Origin: Dimargaris cristalligena
Taxonomy: Eukaryota
Length of the DNA stretch: 62,022 bases
Direction of reading: 5' to 3'
NCBI GenBank assembly: GCA_003614675.1
Contig: ML002240.1
Coordinates: 1-62,022, forward strand
Each line of letters begins with the position of its first letter. Position 1 is the first letter of the stretch. Positions 52,539 to 62,022 of the stretch are shown here, piece by piece. A program made the position numbers and the translations under genes. The notes beneath the pieces are model-generated. The model was not told where the DNA came from. It was given only the letters and a program-made list of their open reading frames with translations, and did no database searches.

Positions 52539-52572
52539 ACACACACACATATATATATATATGTGTGTGTGT
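52539..52572. repeat. Perfect 34-bp palindromic compound microsatellite (AC)5(AT)7(GT)5
   Basis: Read directly; lies between two convergent 3' ends. Confidence 0.85.
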
Positions 52573-52673
52573 GTGTATGGAATGTGCGGGCAGGTGTATG
52601 TATAAGTAAAAAGACCAATCATTAAACGAAATGGGGCCTGTATTTAAGCACGCTCGAAAAAGAGAGACTCGCC

Positions 52674-55600
52674 CTAGGATTTGACTTTCCAGTTGCTCAC
52701 GGCGTCCATCAGGTCGCCCAAACCGTCAGATGGAGGCAGGGCGGAATCGATGGAGGGGGCCTTCAAGGAAGCCGTGGTCGATGGCTCTGACTGCACCGCG
52801 GCCTGGTCTAATGGCTCGGTTGGGCTCAAGAGAGATTCAGTGCTAGACTTATCGGGAAGGGTGGTCTGGGTAGTAGCACTAAGGGGCGGATCCATGCTCA
52901 TGCTGCTGTCCGCCTCGCCTTCGCCTTCCTCCTCGATGGAGTCCTGCTGAGACTTATTGACTTCAGCATCGGGAATGGCTTCCGCCTCGTCTTCCACGTC
53001 GAAGATCCAGTGGTACTGGAGGATCAAATTCTTGACGATATTCTGATGGTGGCCAAGGTTGGTCATGGAGGTTCCGAAACTATGGGGGCCAGGTAGTGGC
53101 TTCAGTAAAGTGGGCCCGAAGACGATGGCGAGATTGGTGCTGTACATGTGGTTGACCTCTTCAAAGTCGGTAACCCGCTCTAGATGTTCAATGATGCGCT
53201 TAAGGAGAGTGTAACTGGACTTGGGCAAGGCGTGGATCAAATCCTTAATGGCCCATAACCGCTCGTTATAGTCGTCGACGGCAGCGGCATTGATAAAGCC
53301 CTCGTAGAGCTGGAATGTGAGCAGGGGTTCCGGAAGGTCGCGAAGGAATAGCTTCAACACACCAGCTACCACGTTGATGTCGTAGTACTCGTCGGCAGCC
53401 AAATCGATATCCCAGTGACCCTCGTTAAACAAATCCCTGAGCTTGTTGATACCAGCCACACTGCCAGGCACTCGGTAGATACCCACTTCCTCTAACCCAC
53501 GCGACTCGATCTCGCAGAGACAGCGCTCCACAAATGGAGGGATGCGACCATGGGGCATAAGGCTATGCAGGTCCACCCCGAAGGCCCTTGATTCGGCCGT
53601 CCGGGCCGGTCCGTTGCCCCCACCCAATTGTCCAGAAACTACCAGGTCGTCAATCTCCTCATCGGACTCTTGTTCAGGCCCCATGGATCCACCAGGGTTG
53701 GCTCTCTCCCGGCTTTGGCGGGCCTCCTTACGCTTGGCCTCTTGGACAAAGACGGTCAGTCGCCGAGCAGCGGCTTCCTTAGCCGCCTCGTGGACACATC
53801 TGATCCAGTCCAACATATCCTCCTTGCTGCTAGCCTGCATAAGGTACTGGCCCCCTTCTTCGGTGATAATGCGGAAGACGTGGTCGCGTTTTGTATAAGC
53901 GTGCTCGACATCGGTGGTGGAGTTGATTAAGTTAATCACCAAGGCCGCCTTAACAGAGGGCATGCGCCGAATACCTGCTGCGGCTCTAGCGCCCGAAGGA
54001 ACCGGGTGGGCTACACTCCGCATGAGACTTGACATTTTGAGGAGCTGCTCGCTCTTGGCCCTTCGGTGCTGGTGTTCCTTGAGTTGCTTCTTGAGCTGCC
54101 GGTCCCGCTCCTGTTCACGGCGCTTCTGGCTTAATGATAATTCCCGGATTTCCCGCTCTAGTTTCTCGCGCACTTTGCCCTCCCGGCGGCAGCGCTCCTG
54201 TTCGTCAACCACCAGGCGGTGGAATGGTCGCACCAGCTTGAGATTCATGGGACCACCGTGGCTATTAGAGTGGTAGGTATGTATGTGGGTGTTCTCATTG
54301 GCCGCGACCTCGGCCGCTCGCCGGAATGGAAGTGCCGGCAGGTCGCCATATACAGTTAGGAAGGGGAAATTAGGGGTGGCCGGTGGGAGTTGGCCGCGGG
54401 GCTCCTGACATAGCTTGTCGCAAATGGAAATAAGGGCTTGAATGCGCCGCCGTTTCTCAAAATACACCAGCTGTTCGTTATCCACAATATGATCAGTCAC
54501 GTCGTAGCACAGCTCGATCATGTTCTGCAACAGCCAGCCGAGGCCAGGTACCAAACGGGCATTTCCGGCAGCTAAGCCCCGGGCTGTGGATAAATCGGCC
54601 ATGGATGGTCGGGCCTCCGTGGGGCTGGGGGTGCTACTGAAGCCTCCCCCGGATTGGCCACTGCCGTGGAGGGCCTCCAGGAATGAGCCATCGTAACGGA
54701 GTAGAGCCTCGAGGGTGTCGGTCGCCATATTAGTCAAGTGAGCCACTTCGGACCAGGCCTTGCTGAAAGCCCGGCTTTCGGGACTGACCAGGGCACTGGC
54801 AATGGCCGCCTCGACAAAAGACGGGACGTGCAAACGATCAACAGCCGGGCCCAGGGCTCGAGCGGGAATGGCGATATTGCTGCTCAAGTTGGCATTGAGG
54901 GAGTCACGAACAAAATGGACCGCGATCCGGTAGGGATCGGTACGGCAGATCCGCAGCACTTCCAACCAGGTTAACAGGTACTGTACCCGAGTTTCGAGGT
55001 CAATATTGGGGTCAGACAGATTGCTAATGACCCACTGACGGAGATTGCGGTGGAAAAAGAGCAGGTGTTGGATGGCACTGGGGAGGATCTTGGTGAGGAA
55101 GGACTCCCCGGTCTGGACAGTCCCGACCGCCGTGGGTGTGATATCTGGTGCGATGTCCAGCGCCGGGCGGACACGCTTAATGGTTTCCAACACAGTGAGA
55201 ATGTCACCAACGACGGTTTCCTCATCGGACAGTACCAGGGTTCGGCGGGAGGGGTACCAAGCTAAGCCGTCAATCGTCTGGGCCTCAAGCAAGCTGAACG
55301 TAAGCAGCCAGTCCTGGGGCCGGGTACGGGAGAACAGCAAGGTGGCCTCGAAATTAAGGCCATTAAGCAGTGCCAAAGGATCAAATCGCTGCAAATCGAT
55401 ACTGGGCATCTTGGAGGGAGCAACGGTATCAAAACGGGTGCCACAGAGGGCGGGTGCGGAGGATTTACCAGGCGTAGTAGGGGTTTGAAGGGGAGAGAGT
55501 ACCAGAGCAGGGATCAGGCAGCTACGAAGTAGGCGGTTACGAATGCTGGTCGGGCTGGTAGTCTCCAGGGGACCGGGCAATTGAGTGTCTTGGGCAACCG

Positions 55601-58600
55601 CCTGCAAGAAATCAATCATAGCATCGCGAATGCTAAGGGAATCCAGGAAGTCCGCCTGGAAGTAGCGAATCCAGTAGTCGCAGAGACTGAGGACACGGCG
55701 CTTGACGTCACCCACCACCACTTCTTCGTTCCGGGAGAGGGTGGTGGCTCGGGTAATCGCATTCGTCGAAGTGGGATTGGAGGACCCTCCGTCACCACAT
55801 TCACGGGCCAGGGCGACCAGGCGTTTAGCGTACACTGGGGCGCCATCGTAGTACATGCGTAGGAGGTTCAGGACCTCCAGTCCGTTGGCCAGGCTCCGGT
55901 AGGTAGCGAAAAAGGAGGCCTGGTACTGGGGGTAGTCAAGTTGAAGTTCACCTCGCAGAGCAATGGTGGCGTCCCGATTAGACAAGGTGGATAGTTGGTT
56001 TTGATATTGCCGAACACCATGGATCAGTACGTCAACAAGGCGCTCGACGGAGCCGCCATGGACCGATACCATTAGTTCCTCGCGACATGATGTGGTACCA
56101 TCCCGCTTCCGAACGGTCTTATTCTTAAAGTGCTGGATCTTCAGTAGAAGGTCGGAACTCGTGATGGTCAATATAACCCCAGCGGGGAGATCGGCAGCCT
56201 GGAAGCTACTTTTGGAGACCGATCGGCCCATAGGCGTCGATTGCGACCGGGGTGCTGGGGACGGGGAATCGGGCCGAATCACAGAGTCGGTGGTACTTTC
56301 GGCGGACGTGCCCAACTCAGACGAACCCGTATTGCCGGATGAGCTGGGGAAGGACATGGAACGCTTATTCTTTAGGCGGGGAACCGATGCAGAGGGACGA
56401 AGACTGGGCGATTGAGTCTCGCTCGCAGGATAATTCTCCTTTTGAGGTGATAATTTGATTAGAGACGCTGGCAAGGGGCCTGAGATGGCTATTTTACCGT
56501 CCGCCGAAGTGTTCGACCGATTCTTTACCATGCGAGGCCCTTGGGTGGGCGACCGTCTATCCGACCGACCATTACCCGCCCCGTCCGAGTGAGCATTAGA
56601 CACACTAATGGGACCCACACGGGGTGAGCTCGTTAGAGGGGACGAATTGGATCCCACCCCGCAACTGCTATGGTTCGCACCCCCCGCTGACCCGGCACCG
56701 CTATTACCGAGGAGGCCGAAGGAGGATTCCACAGTCGAGATAATGGACGACAATCCGAATCCGGTTAGGGGGCGGATAGCCGCAGCCGCGGCGGCTGCAG
56801 CAGCTGAGCCCACCGAGGACTCCCGCGACATGGCCATCCCATTGGAGTTGGAAGTGCCGTAGTGAAACATGGAGTTGGAGTTGACGCTGGACAAGCGGGG
56901 ACGGGCCATGCCATCGCCGCTGGGCCGGAAGGGAATCATATCCAGACGACCCTGAATGGCCAAGAAATGGGTGAGACGGGTCGATACAATCACTTCGGGA
57001 CAGGCCAGGGGAGAGACCACCGACTCCAGGTTGGCAATTTCCTGTCCGTGGTGAGCCAGGTACTGCTCCGAGGCGGAGGGCTCACACAACAGGGACAGAT
57101 GGAACAGGTGCTTGGGATCATACTCATTCACCAGGGAATTGTGAGCATTGTCACCCCTATATTGATCGAGGGACTTGAAGTAATTTTGGTACGCCAGGTG
57201 AGGCTGAACGGAGCTGATATCTACCCCAGGAGGAAGCTGCGCGTGTAGGCAAGCGAGAGCCGGGTTGGCGGGCGCAGTAGTTGGGCTTTTTCCACCGATG
57301 GACTGTGCCAAGGCCCCCACCACAAGAGCGGGTTTCATAGACGAAAGGGAAATGGAGGAACCACCGGAGTTGCGCGGATTTATACTGGCCCGACTTGAGC
57401 TACGGGACAGACCTGTGGAAGGGGGGGTGTACACCGGCTGCTGAACCGGGGAGTCGCGGATAGCCCGCCACATAATTTCGTACATGGTCCAGAATTTGCG
57501 TAGATTAACGAATTGGGCGTCCTGGTCGCGTACCGTGGTAAGACGGCGGACCTCTTCGATGGTAAGGGTGGTTGGCTCGACATGCTCGATGTGCTCGAGG
57601 GCTTGGCATATGGTCCCGCAGTAGGGGATAGGGGGTAAGGTGGCGGGATTGAATTGCTTCGAGGATGCGCTACCTCTGGGTTCCAAGGTGATGGGGGGCC
57701 TTAAGACGAGAAGCTGGGGTCGTGGTGAAGACAGCAAGGTAGCCGAGTACACCAGGTCATGCTCCAAGAGTAACGGGGCCCATTGGTCTCGGACCGTCTG
57801 TAAAAGAGGCAAGGGAACTTCTTTCCAGGCTTCGAACAGCCGGATGAGCGCTGGGGAGGTTAGAGCCACGGCAACAGCGGCCCAGGTGACGGCATCGTTC
57901 ATGCGGCGGGCAGCCTCGCCTACCTTGATCCAGTGACCGATCAGGGCACTGCGTTTGGAGTGACGAGTCAAGGGCAAGTCAGTGAGCAAATGACAATGAA
58001 TCAATCGAACTATAAAATGAGGGTTCAGAATAGTGAAATGTAAAGCGCGGCTGTGTAGGGAGGGGTCGTTGGCATTGTGATCACTAGCGGGAATAGAGTC
58101 GAGGACAGAACCCCCGTCAGTAACTGAGGCAAGCGCACCGGCGACCCGGGTAAGTTCAGGGGTCAAGAAACTGCGAATGGCCAGCGGATCGTACTGGTAA
58201 TAAAGAGACCAGTGGTAAAGATAGAGCTGCTGAGCCACAACCTCCGGATTTAATCGCAAAAAGAGAGTAGGGTGGAGCCCGTCCCCGTTTAATTGACTTT
58301 CCAGGGTAGGTTCAGCTGGTGCCGAATTTATGGCCGCAGCCATACCCCCCTGGCTCCTTTTATGCAATAGCCGTGGGGAGCGTAACCGACTCGGGCTAGT
58401 AGGCGATCTAGGCGAGGCAGGCGACGAAGGCTCTGGACAATCGACAAAACGAACCTGCTGAGACTTGGGAGCCCCCTTGGAGGCGGGCGGAGCTACCGGA
58501 GTCTCCTCCACCTTAGCGGCACGTTTTACTTCGGGCGGGGGCTTGAGCGCCAGGCTGATGTCTTCTTTAATCTGGGTGGCGAGGGTCATGTTGATGGGCA

Positions 58601-60650
58601 TGATTAATTTGGCACTCAATTTGATCAAGGTATCGGCCAAATCGCTAGAGATGTCGGAAATGGCCCATTTGCACCACCGGGCCAGAAGCTGGCTGAAGTT
58701 GTGCATAAATTGGGTACCCGATTCCTCGGTAGAGGAAATTAGTTCGGCGTATCGCTCGAGTTCCTTCACAAATTCGGCGGGGGTCATAAAACAGGGGTAG
58801 GTGCATAGGAAAGCCATGAGGTAGGTATCAAAGTCTACTCCGGCATGAGCGGCAGAGTCGGGAGTGAAAAAGAGCAGTTCGTGCACCAAAGCGGTTTTGG
58901 TTCCCGCCCGGATGACATAGTCCTTGCTGGACTTGCTCACTTCCTCGGGGGTAAAGATAACCAACTCCGGGTGGCGCTCGGTACTCCAGTAAAGACGACG
59001 ACGTTGATTCCGACCGGTGGAGTGCGATGGCCGGCTGTCGATACTGGCGGCTGGGCGGACCATTGACCCATAGGTGGACGAAACGGTACTTCGCTGGGAA
59101 GAGGCGGGGCGGACATGCTGCTGGCGTAGTCGTCGGCCGAATGCAGCTTTGGAAGCCATAAACCGGGCCACCCACACGGCCTTGTCATTGGCGGAGTTGG
59201 CCACAAACAAGCGGGTACTCGACTCCTTACCCTTACTGACGAACATTTGGAAGGCCTGGACGTTGCCAGAGCCAGCGACGGACGAGAAATCGGTGGACAT
59301 GGTGGACGAGGTGGTCATGACCGAGGTAGACGATATGTTGGTCTGAGAGTAAATGGTGCTGCGACCGTGGGAAGACGGATTGAAGGACGAAGTGGGCACG
59401 GCCAGTCGGGTCGAGGCAGCCTCCACAACATCCACGATAGTAAGTGGGTAGGCCGCGTGTTGCTTCCATTTGGTAAAGTAGCCCGGAGAGCGGCCCTGGG
59501 CATCGATACTGCGCATGGAACAATTGTCCGTGTCCTTCCCGCGAGTGCTGATACTCCGAGCCAGTCGGAAGGCATTGGAAACGGCACCCACCACCCCCTT
59601 GTGCTGTTTGACCCACTTGCGTTTACAAACGACCACCACATCATCGAAGATCAACAGACAAACGTAGCGCTTGAATTTGAATTTGGCCAAATCAACTTCA
59701 GTGAATAGACCGCCGAACATGTACCGGGTGCTGAGGGGGGGGACGATGGTACCACCTTGGACGTCGGATTCGAAAATAAAGGGCACGGCGGAAATGTCAA
59801 ACTCGGCTTCGAGCAGAGGTAACCCCTGGAAAGCAGCGGCCGAATCATCACCGTCAAAGCTTTCCATGTCGGGAGCAGGTAACCGGGGAGAGGCGGTTGA
59901 GAGCGGCGAACCCTCGAAGGGAAATTTCTTGCGCAACTCACCTTCGGATGGTGGTTTATAGAAGTAGAGTTTGGAACCCTTCAACATGACCCGATACACC
60001 TTCCAGCCCCGGGCCAGTAAGGCGGTTGAAACGGGGTTGAGGGGGTTCAGGTCGGTCTTGCGATTAAGATAGCCCTCTTTCATAATATTAGTGCTGCTGG
60101 CGGTGAGACCTAGTCCAGGGGTGGGTGGCGACGGTGAAGGGGAGGGCTCGTAGTCCGGGACCGGCAGCACGGCAGGTGACCGGTGCGGATAGAATGACAT
60201 GAGCGAACTTTTCCGCTGCTCGTAAACGGGAGAGATAAGATCACTGACATGGGCCATATTTGATGGGAACCCGTAAACGGAGGAGACGCGGGTGGAAATG
60301 CTTGGGGGAATACGCTGGTCAATGGATATGGACCGATCGGCCGGCCGGCGGTCACCGATGGCTAGGGGCGAGGCCATATGGGACAGACCAGCGGCGCCGA
60401 TTAAGCGGGCGTCCTTGGCGGGGGGGCGCCCATTCTCAGATCCATGGGACCCCCCCTGGTTAATATGAGACCGGGTATTACCTAAATAGCCGCTGGGATG
60501 GGCATAAGTAGTGGTTGGCCGACGACGGGGCATACTGTGGGAGCCAGGGCCCCGGGAACGTTGGGATAGAATAGCAGAGGTAGAGTCCTGTGACCGGTGG
60601 TCGTTATGTGGGTCACGGGCCGTTTTGGCTGGCGACACCCGTTCACTCAT
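52674..60650 (-). CDS. Bem2-like multidomain Rho GTPase-activating protein (PH, two RasGEF-N/RasGEF-like modules, C-terminal RhoGAP), 2658 aa
   Basis: RhoGAP: FGVDL, IPPFVERCLCEIESRGLEEVGIYRVPGS with Arg finger, KLFLRDLPEPL, NHMYSTNLAIVFGPTL. REM-like: IRAGTKTALVHEL...FLCTY and HGGSVERLVDVL...FFATY. PH motifs also present; uninterrupted ORF. Confidence 0.9.
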   Translation of the reverse strand: MSERVSPAKTARDPHNDHRSQDSTSAILSQRSRGPGSHSMPRRRPTTTYAHPSGYLGNTRSHINQGGSHGSENGRPPAKDARLIGAAGLSHMASPLAIGDRRPADRSISIDQRIPPSISTRVSSVYGFPSNMAHVSDLISPVYEQRKSSLMSFYPHRSPAVLPVPDYEPSPSPSPPTPGLGLTASSTNIMKEGYLNRKTDLNPLNPVSTALLARGWKVYRVMLKGSKLYFYKPPSEGELRKKFPFEGSPLSTASPRLPAPDMESFDGDDSAAAFQGLPLLEAEFDISAVPFIFESDVQGGTIVPPLSTRYMFGGLFTEVDLAKFKFKRYVCLLIFDDVVVVCKRKWVKQHKGVVGAVSNAFRLARSISTRGKDTDNCSMRSIDAQGRSPGYFTKWKQHAAYPLTIVDVVEAASTRLAVPTSSFNPSSHGRSTIYSQTNISSTSVMTTSSTMSTDFSSVAGSGNVQAFQMFVSKGKESSTRLFVANSANDKAVWVARFMASKAAFGRRLRQQHVRPASSQRSTVSSTYGSMVRPAASIDSRPSHSTGRNQRRRLYWSTERHPELVIFTPEEVSKSSKDYVIRAGTKTALVHELLFFTPDSAAHAGVDFDTYLMAFLCTYPCFMTPAEFVKELERYAELISSTEESGTQFMHNFSQLLARWCKWAISDISSDLADTLIKLSAKLIMPINMTLATQIKEDISLALKPPPEVKRAAKVEETPVAPPASKGAPKSQQVRFVDCPEPSSPASPRSPTSPSRLRSPRLLHKRSQGGMAAAINSAPAEPTLESQLNGDGLHPTLFLRLNPEVVAQQLYLYHWSLYYQYDPLAIRSFLTPELTRVAGALASVTDGGSVLDSIPASDHNANDPSLHSRALHFTILNPHFIVRLIHCHLLTDLPLTRHSKRSALIGHWIKVGEAARRMNDAVTWAAVAVALTSPALIRLFEAWKEVPLPLLQTVRDQWAPLLLEHDLVYSATLLSSPRPQLLVLRPPITLEPRGSASSKQFNPATLPPIPYCGTICQALEHIEHVEPTTLTIEEVRRLTTVRDQDAQFVNLRKFWTMYEIMWRAIRDSPVQQPVYTPPSTGLSRSSSRASINPRNSGGSSISLSSMKPALVVGALAQSIGGKSPTTAPANPALACLHAQLPPGVDISSVQPHLAYQNYFKSLDQYRGDNAHNSLVNEYDPKHLFHLSLLCEPSASEQYLAHHGQEIANLESVVSPLACPEVIVSTRLTHFLAIQGRLDMIPFRPSGDGMARPRLSSVNSNSMFHYGTSNSNGMAMSRESSVGSAAAAAAAAAIRPLTGFGLSSIISTVESSFGLLGNSGAGSAGGANHSSCGVGSNSSPLTSSPRVGPISVSNAHSDGAGNGRSDRRSPTQGPRMVKNRSNTSADGKIAISGPLPASLIKLSPQKENYPASETQSPSLRPSASVPRLKNKRSMSFPSSSGNTGSSELGTSAESTTDSVIRPDSPSPAPRSQSTPMGRSVSKSSFQAADLPAGVILTITSSDLLLKIQHFKNKTVRKRDGTTSCREELMVSVHGGSVERLVDVLIHGVRQYQNQLSTLSNRDATIALRGELQLDYPQYQASFFATYRSLANGLEVLNLLRMYYDGAPVYAKRLVALARECGDGGSSNPTSTNAITRATTLSRNEEVVVGDVKRRVLSLCDYWIRYFQADFLDSLSIRDAMIDFLQAVAQDTQLPGPLETTSPTSIRNRLLRSCLIPALVLSPLQTPTTPGKSSAPALCGTRFDTVAPSKMPSIDLQRFDPLALLNGLNFEATLLFSRTRPQDWLLTFSLLEAQTIDGLAWYPSRRTLVLSDEETVVGDILTVLETIKRVRPALDIAPDITPTAVGTVQTGESFLTKILPSAIQHLLFFHRNLRQWVISNLSDPNIDLETRVQYLLTWLEVLRICRTDPYRIAVHFVRDSLNANLSSNIAIPARALGPAVDRLHVPSFVEAAIASALVSPESRAFSKAWSEVAHLTNMATDTLEALLRYDGSFLEALHGSGQSGGGFSSTPSPTEARPSMADLSTARGLAAGNARLVPGLGWLLQNMIELCYDVTDHIVDNEQLVYFEKRRRIQALISICDKLCQEPRGQLPPATPNFPFLTVYGDLPALPFRRAAEVAANENTHIHTYHSNSHGGPMNLKLVRPFHRLVVDEQERCRREGKVREKLEREIRELSLSQKRREQERDRQLKKQLKEHQHRRAKSEQLLKMSSLMRSVAHPVPSGARAAAGIRRMPSVKAALVINLINSTTDVEHAYTKRDHVFRIITEEGGQYLMQASSKEDMLDWIRCVHEAAKEAAARRLTVFVQEAKRKEARQSRERANPGGSMGPEQESDEEIDDLVVSGQLGGGNGPARTAESRAFGVDLHSLMPHGRIPPFVERCLCEIESRGLEEVGIYRVPGSVAGINKLRDLFNEGHWDIDLAADEYYDINVVAGVLKLFLRDLPEPLLTFQLYEGFINAAAVDDYNERLWAIKDLIHALPKSSYTLLKRIIEHLERVTDFEEVNHMYSTNLAIVFGPTLLKPLPGPHSFGTSMTNLGHHQNIVKNLILQYHWIFDVEDEAEAIPDAEVNKSQQDSIEEEGEGEADSSMSMDPPLSATTQTTLPDKSSTESLLSPTEPLDQAAVQSEPSTTASLKAPSIDSALPPSDGLGDLMDAVSNWKVKS

Positions 60651-62022
60651 CGCCGGAAACCAAATAGATAATCAAATGGTGATGGGCAGCGCTTCGGAGC
60701 CGGGAGGAAGAAATGTCGAAGATCTATAGGCAAATCGTCAGATGGAATCAGAAATAACCCAGTCGGCGAATGACTAGAATATATATGACGAGGCCGGGTC
60801 GGGTCAGGGGATACCTAGATGTAGAGGAATGCATCAGAGATCAAAGAAAGAGGGGGGTAATATATATCCAAAAAGAAGGCAATTGCAATGGGAGAGGGGA
60901 TTAGATGAGGTTATTGAAGGAAATGACGGGCACATGACTAGACACGGCCATGATATGCCTTGAAAAGGACATAGATCATATTTTTTTTCATATAAGAGAA
61001 AATGGGGCAGGAAGCAACTCGCTCCACAACCGCTGATCACTCAATGAGAGTTGATCGAGCTACGCATTGATCCAGCCGGAAAACCGGTGATTCTATAGGG
61101 GGAAAACGCTCAGGCCATTCGGGCTGATGACATCGCTATTCCGAAAAACAGTCGATGAAAACCAGCCACAGCTAAAACTTGAAACTGATGGACAGGGTGA
61201 CGTGAAGATTGACCAACTGGGAGTGGAGCATTCAATCACCCCAAATCAGGCTAACTAGAGCAGCTGTATGCAGACCTGGACCACTATTTTGACCCACGGC
61301 AGTGGTTCTAGACAGGGCCCAGGCGTAGGAACGGTGGTTAACCCAGCTACAAGAATCGGACGGCGGTGGAGCAGGGCGTAGATAATCCTGAGTGAGGGGG
61401 GCAATACTTACCGGTCGGGCGGTGATAAACGGCGGAAATAGAGGGGGAATAGAGGGCGAGCAGGGAGCCTAGATGAGCGTTTACTACGGACTGATGGAGA
61501 GAGATGGGCGGGTACCTATACAGCGAGGAACTCGAATGAGGAGGGGAATCGACTTGCGATGCTGAGTGGGCTACTGAGAGACTAGTGGAAAAGAGCGTTA
61601 CCGATGATGGGGTAGATGAGGGACGGGGGCTGTGCCATACAGCGGCTGGTCAATAGTACCCGGCGGTGGACTTATTCGGAATTCTAGGGACGGAACGGCA
61701 CAGGCTAGGTAGGAAGGGGGAACTTAGAAGGAAACGAGAGCGAAAGAGCAGGAAGTATATAGATAGAAGAGGAGGAAAGAGCGATACGTGAGAAGGAGGG
61801 GTATAGGTAATAAACACGATATATATAAAAACACACAAGCTAATCTGCACAGACTTAGCAAACACAAACAGCGGAAAAGGAGGGGAATAGACGGAGCGCA
61901 TACAACAACGAAGACCTGAAGATGAGGTGTGAATAGAAACGGAAGAGAAGAGAATAGTTTTCCCCCTTGCCCACCGACTCTATCTATCTATCGACTATCC
62001 ACTTGGCTGTTGTGTCCTCTAG

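Overview
This is eukaryotic, intron-containing genomic DNA from a fungus, most likely an early-diverging (non-Dikarya) lineage. That placement is inferred from GT-AG introns with CTAAC/CTAAT branch points, a spliced cobalamin adenosyltransferase gene, a class III-like eIF4E and a short Dph6. About 18 protein-coding genes can be modelled by hand: a bZIP factor, CYB5RL-like reductase, eIF4E, MMAB, mitochondrial uL11, Vma9, Bud32, Rpc17, a peroxisomal acyl-CoA dehydrogenase, G-beta, Ecd/SGT1, BCKDH E1-alpha, Mrm2, Dph6, an EEP/sphingomyelinase-like protein, ETF-alpha, an orphan secreted protein and a Bem2-like RasGEF-PH-RhoGAP. The main feature missed by the ORF track is at about 25.3-27.1 kb. 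It is an apparently non-coding, multi-intron host gene with five paralogous box C/D snoRNAs, one per intron. All five carry the guide for the large-subunit rRNA P-loop G (E. coli Gm2251 / yeast Gm2619; snR67/SNORD31 family) and show covarying stems and an A-B-A-B-C duplication pattern. Also present are a three-copy ~130-bp MITE-like family flanked by ATAT, a candidate split PH domain spanning ~2000 aa, and candidate secreted orphans. All calls come from manual reading; no database searches were run.
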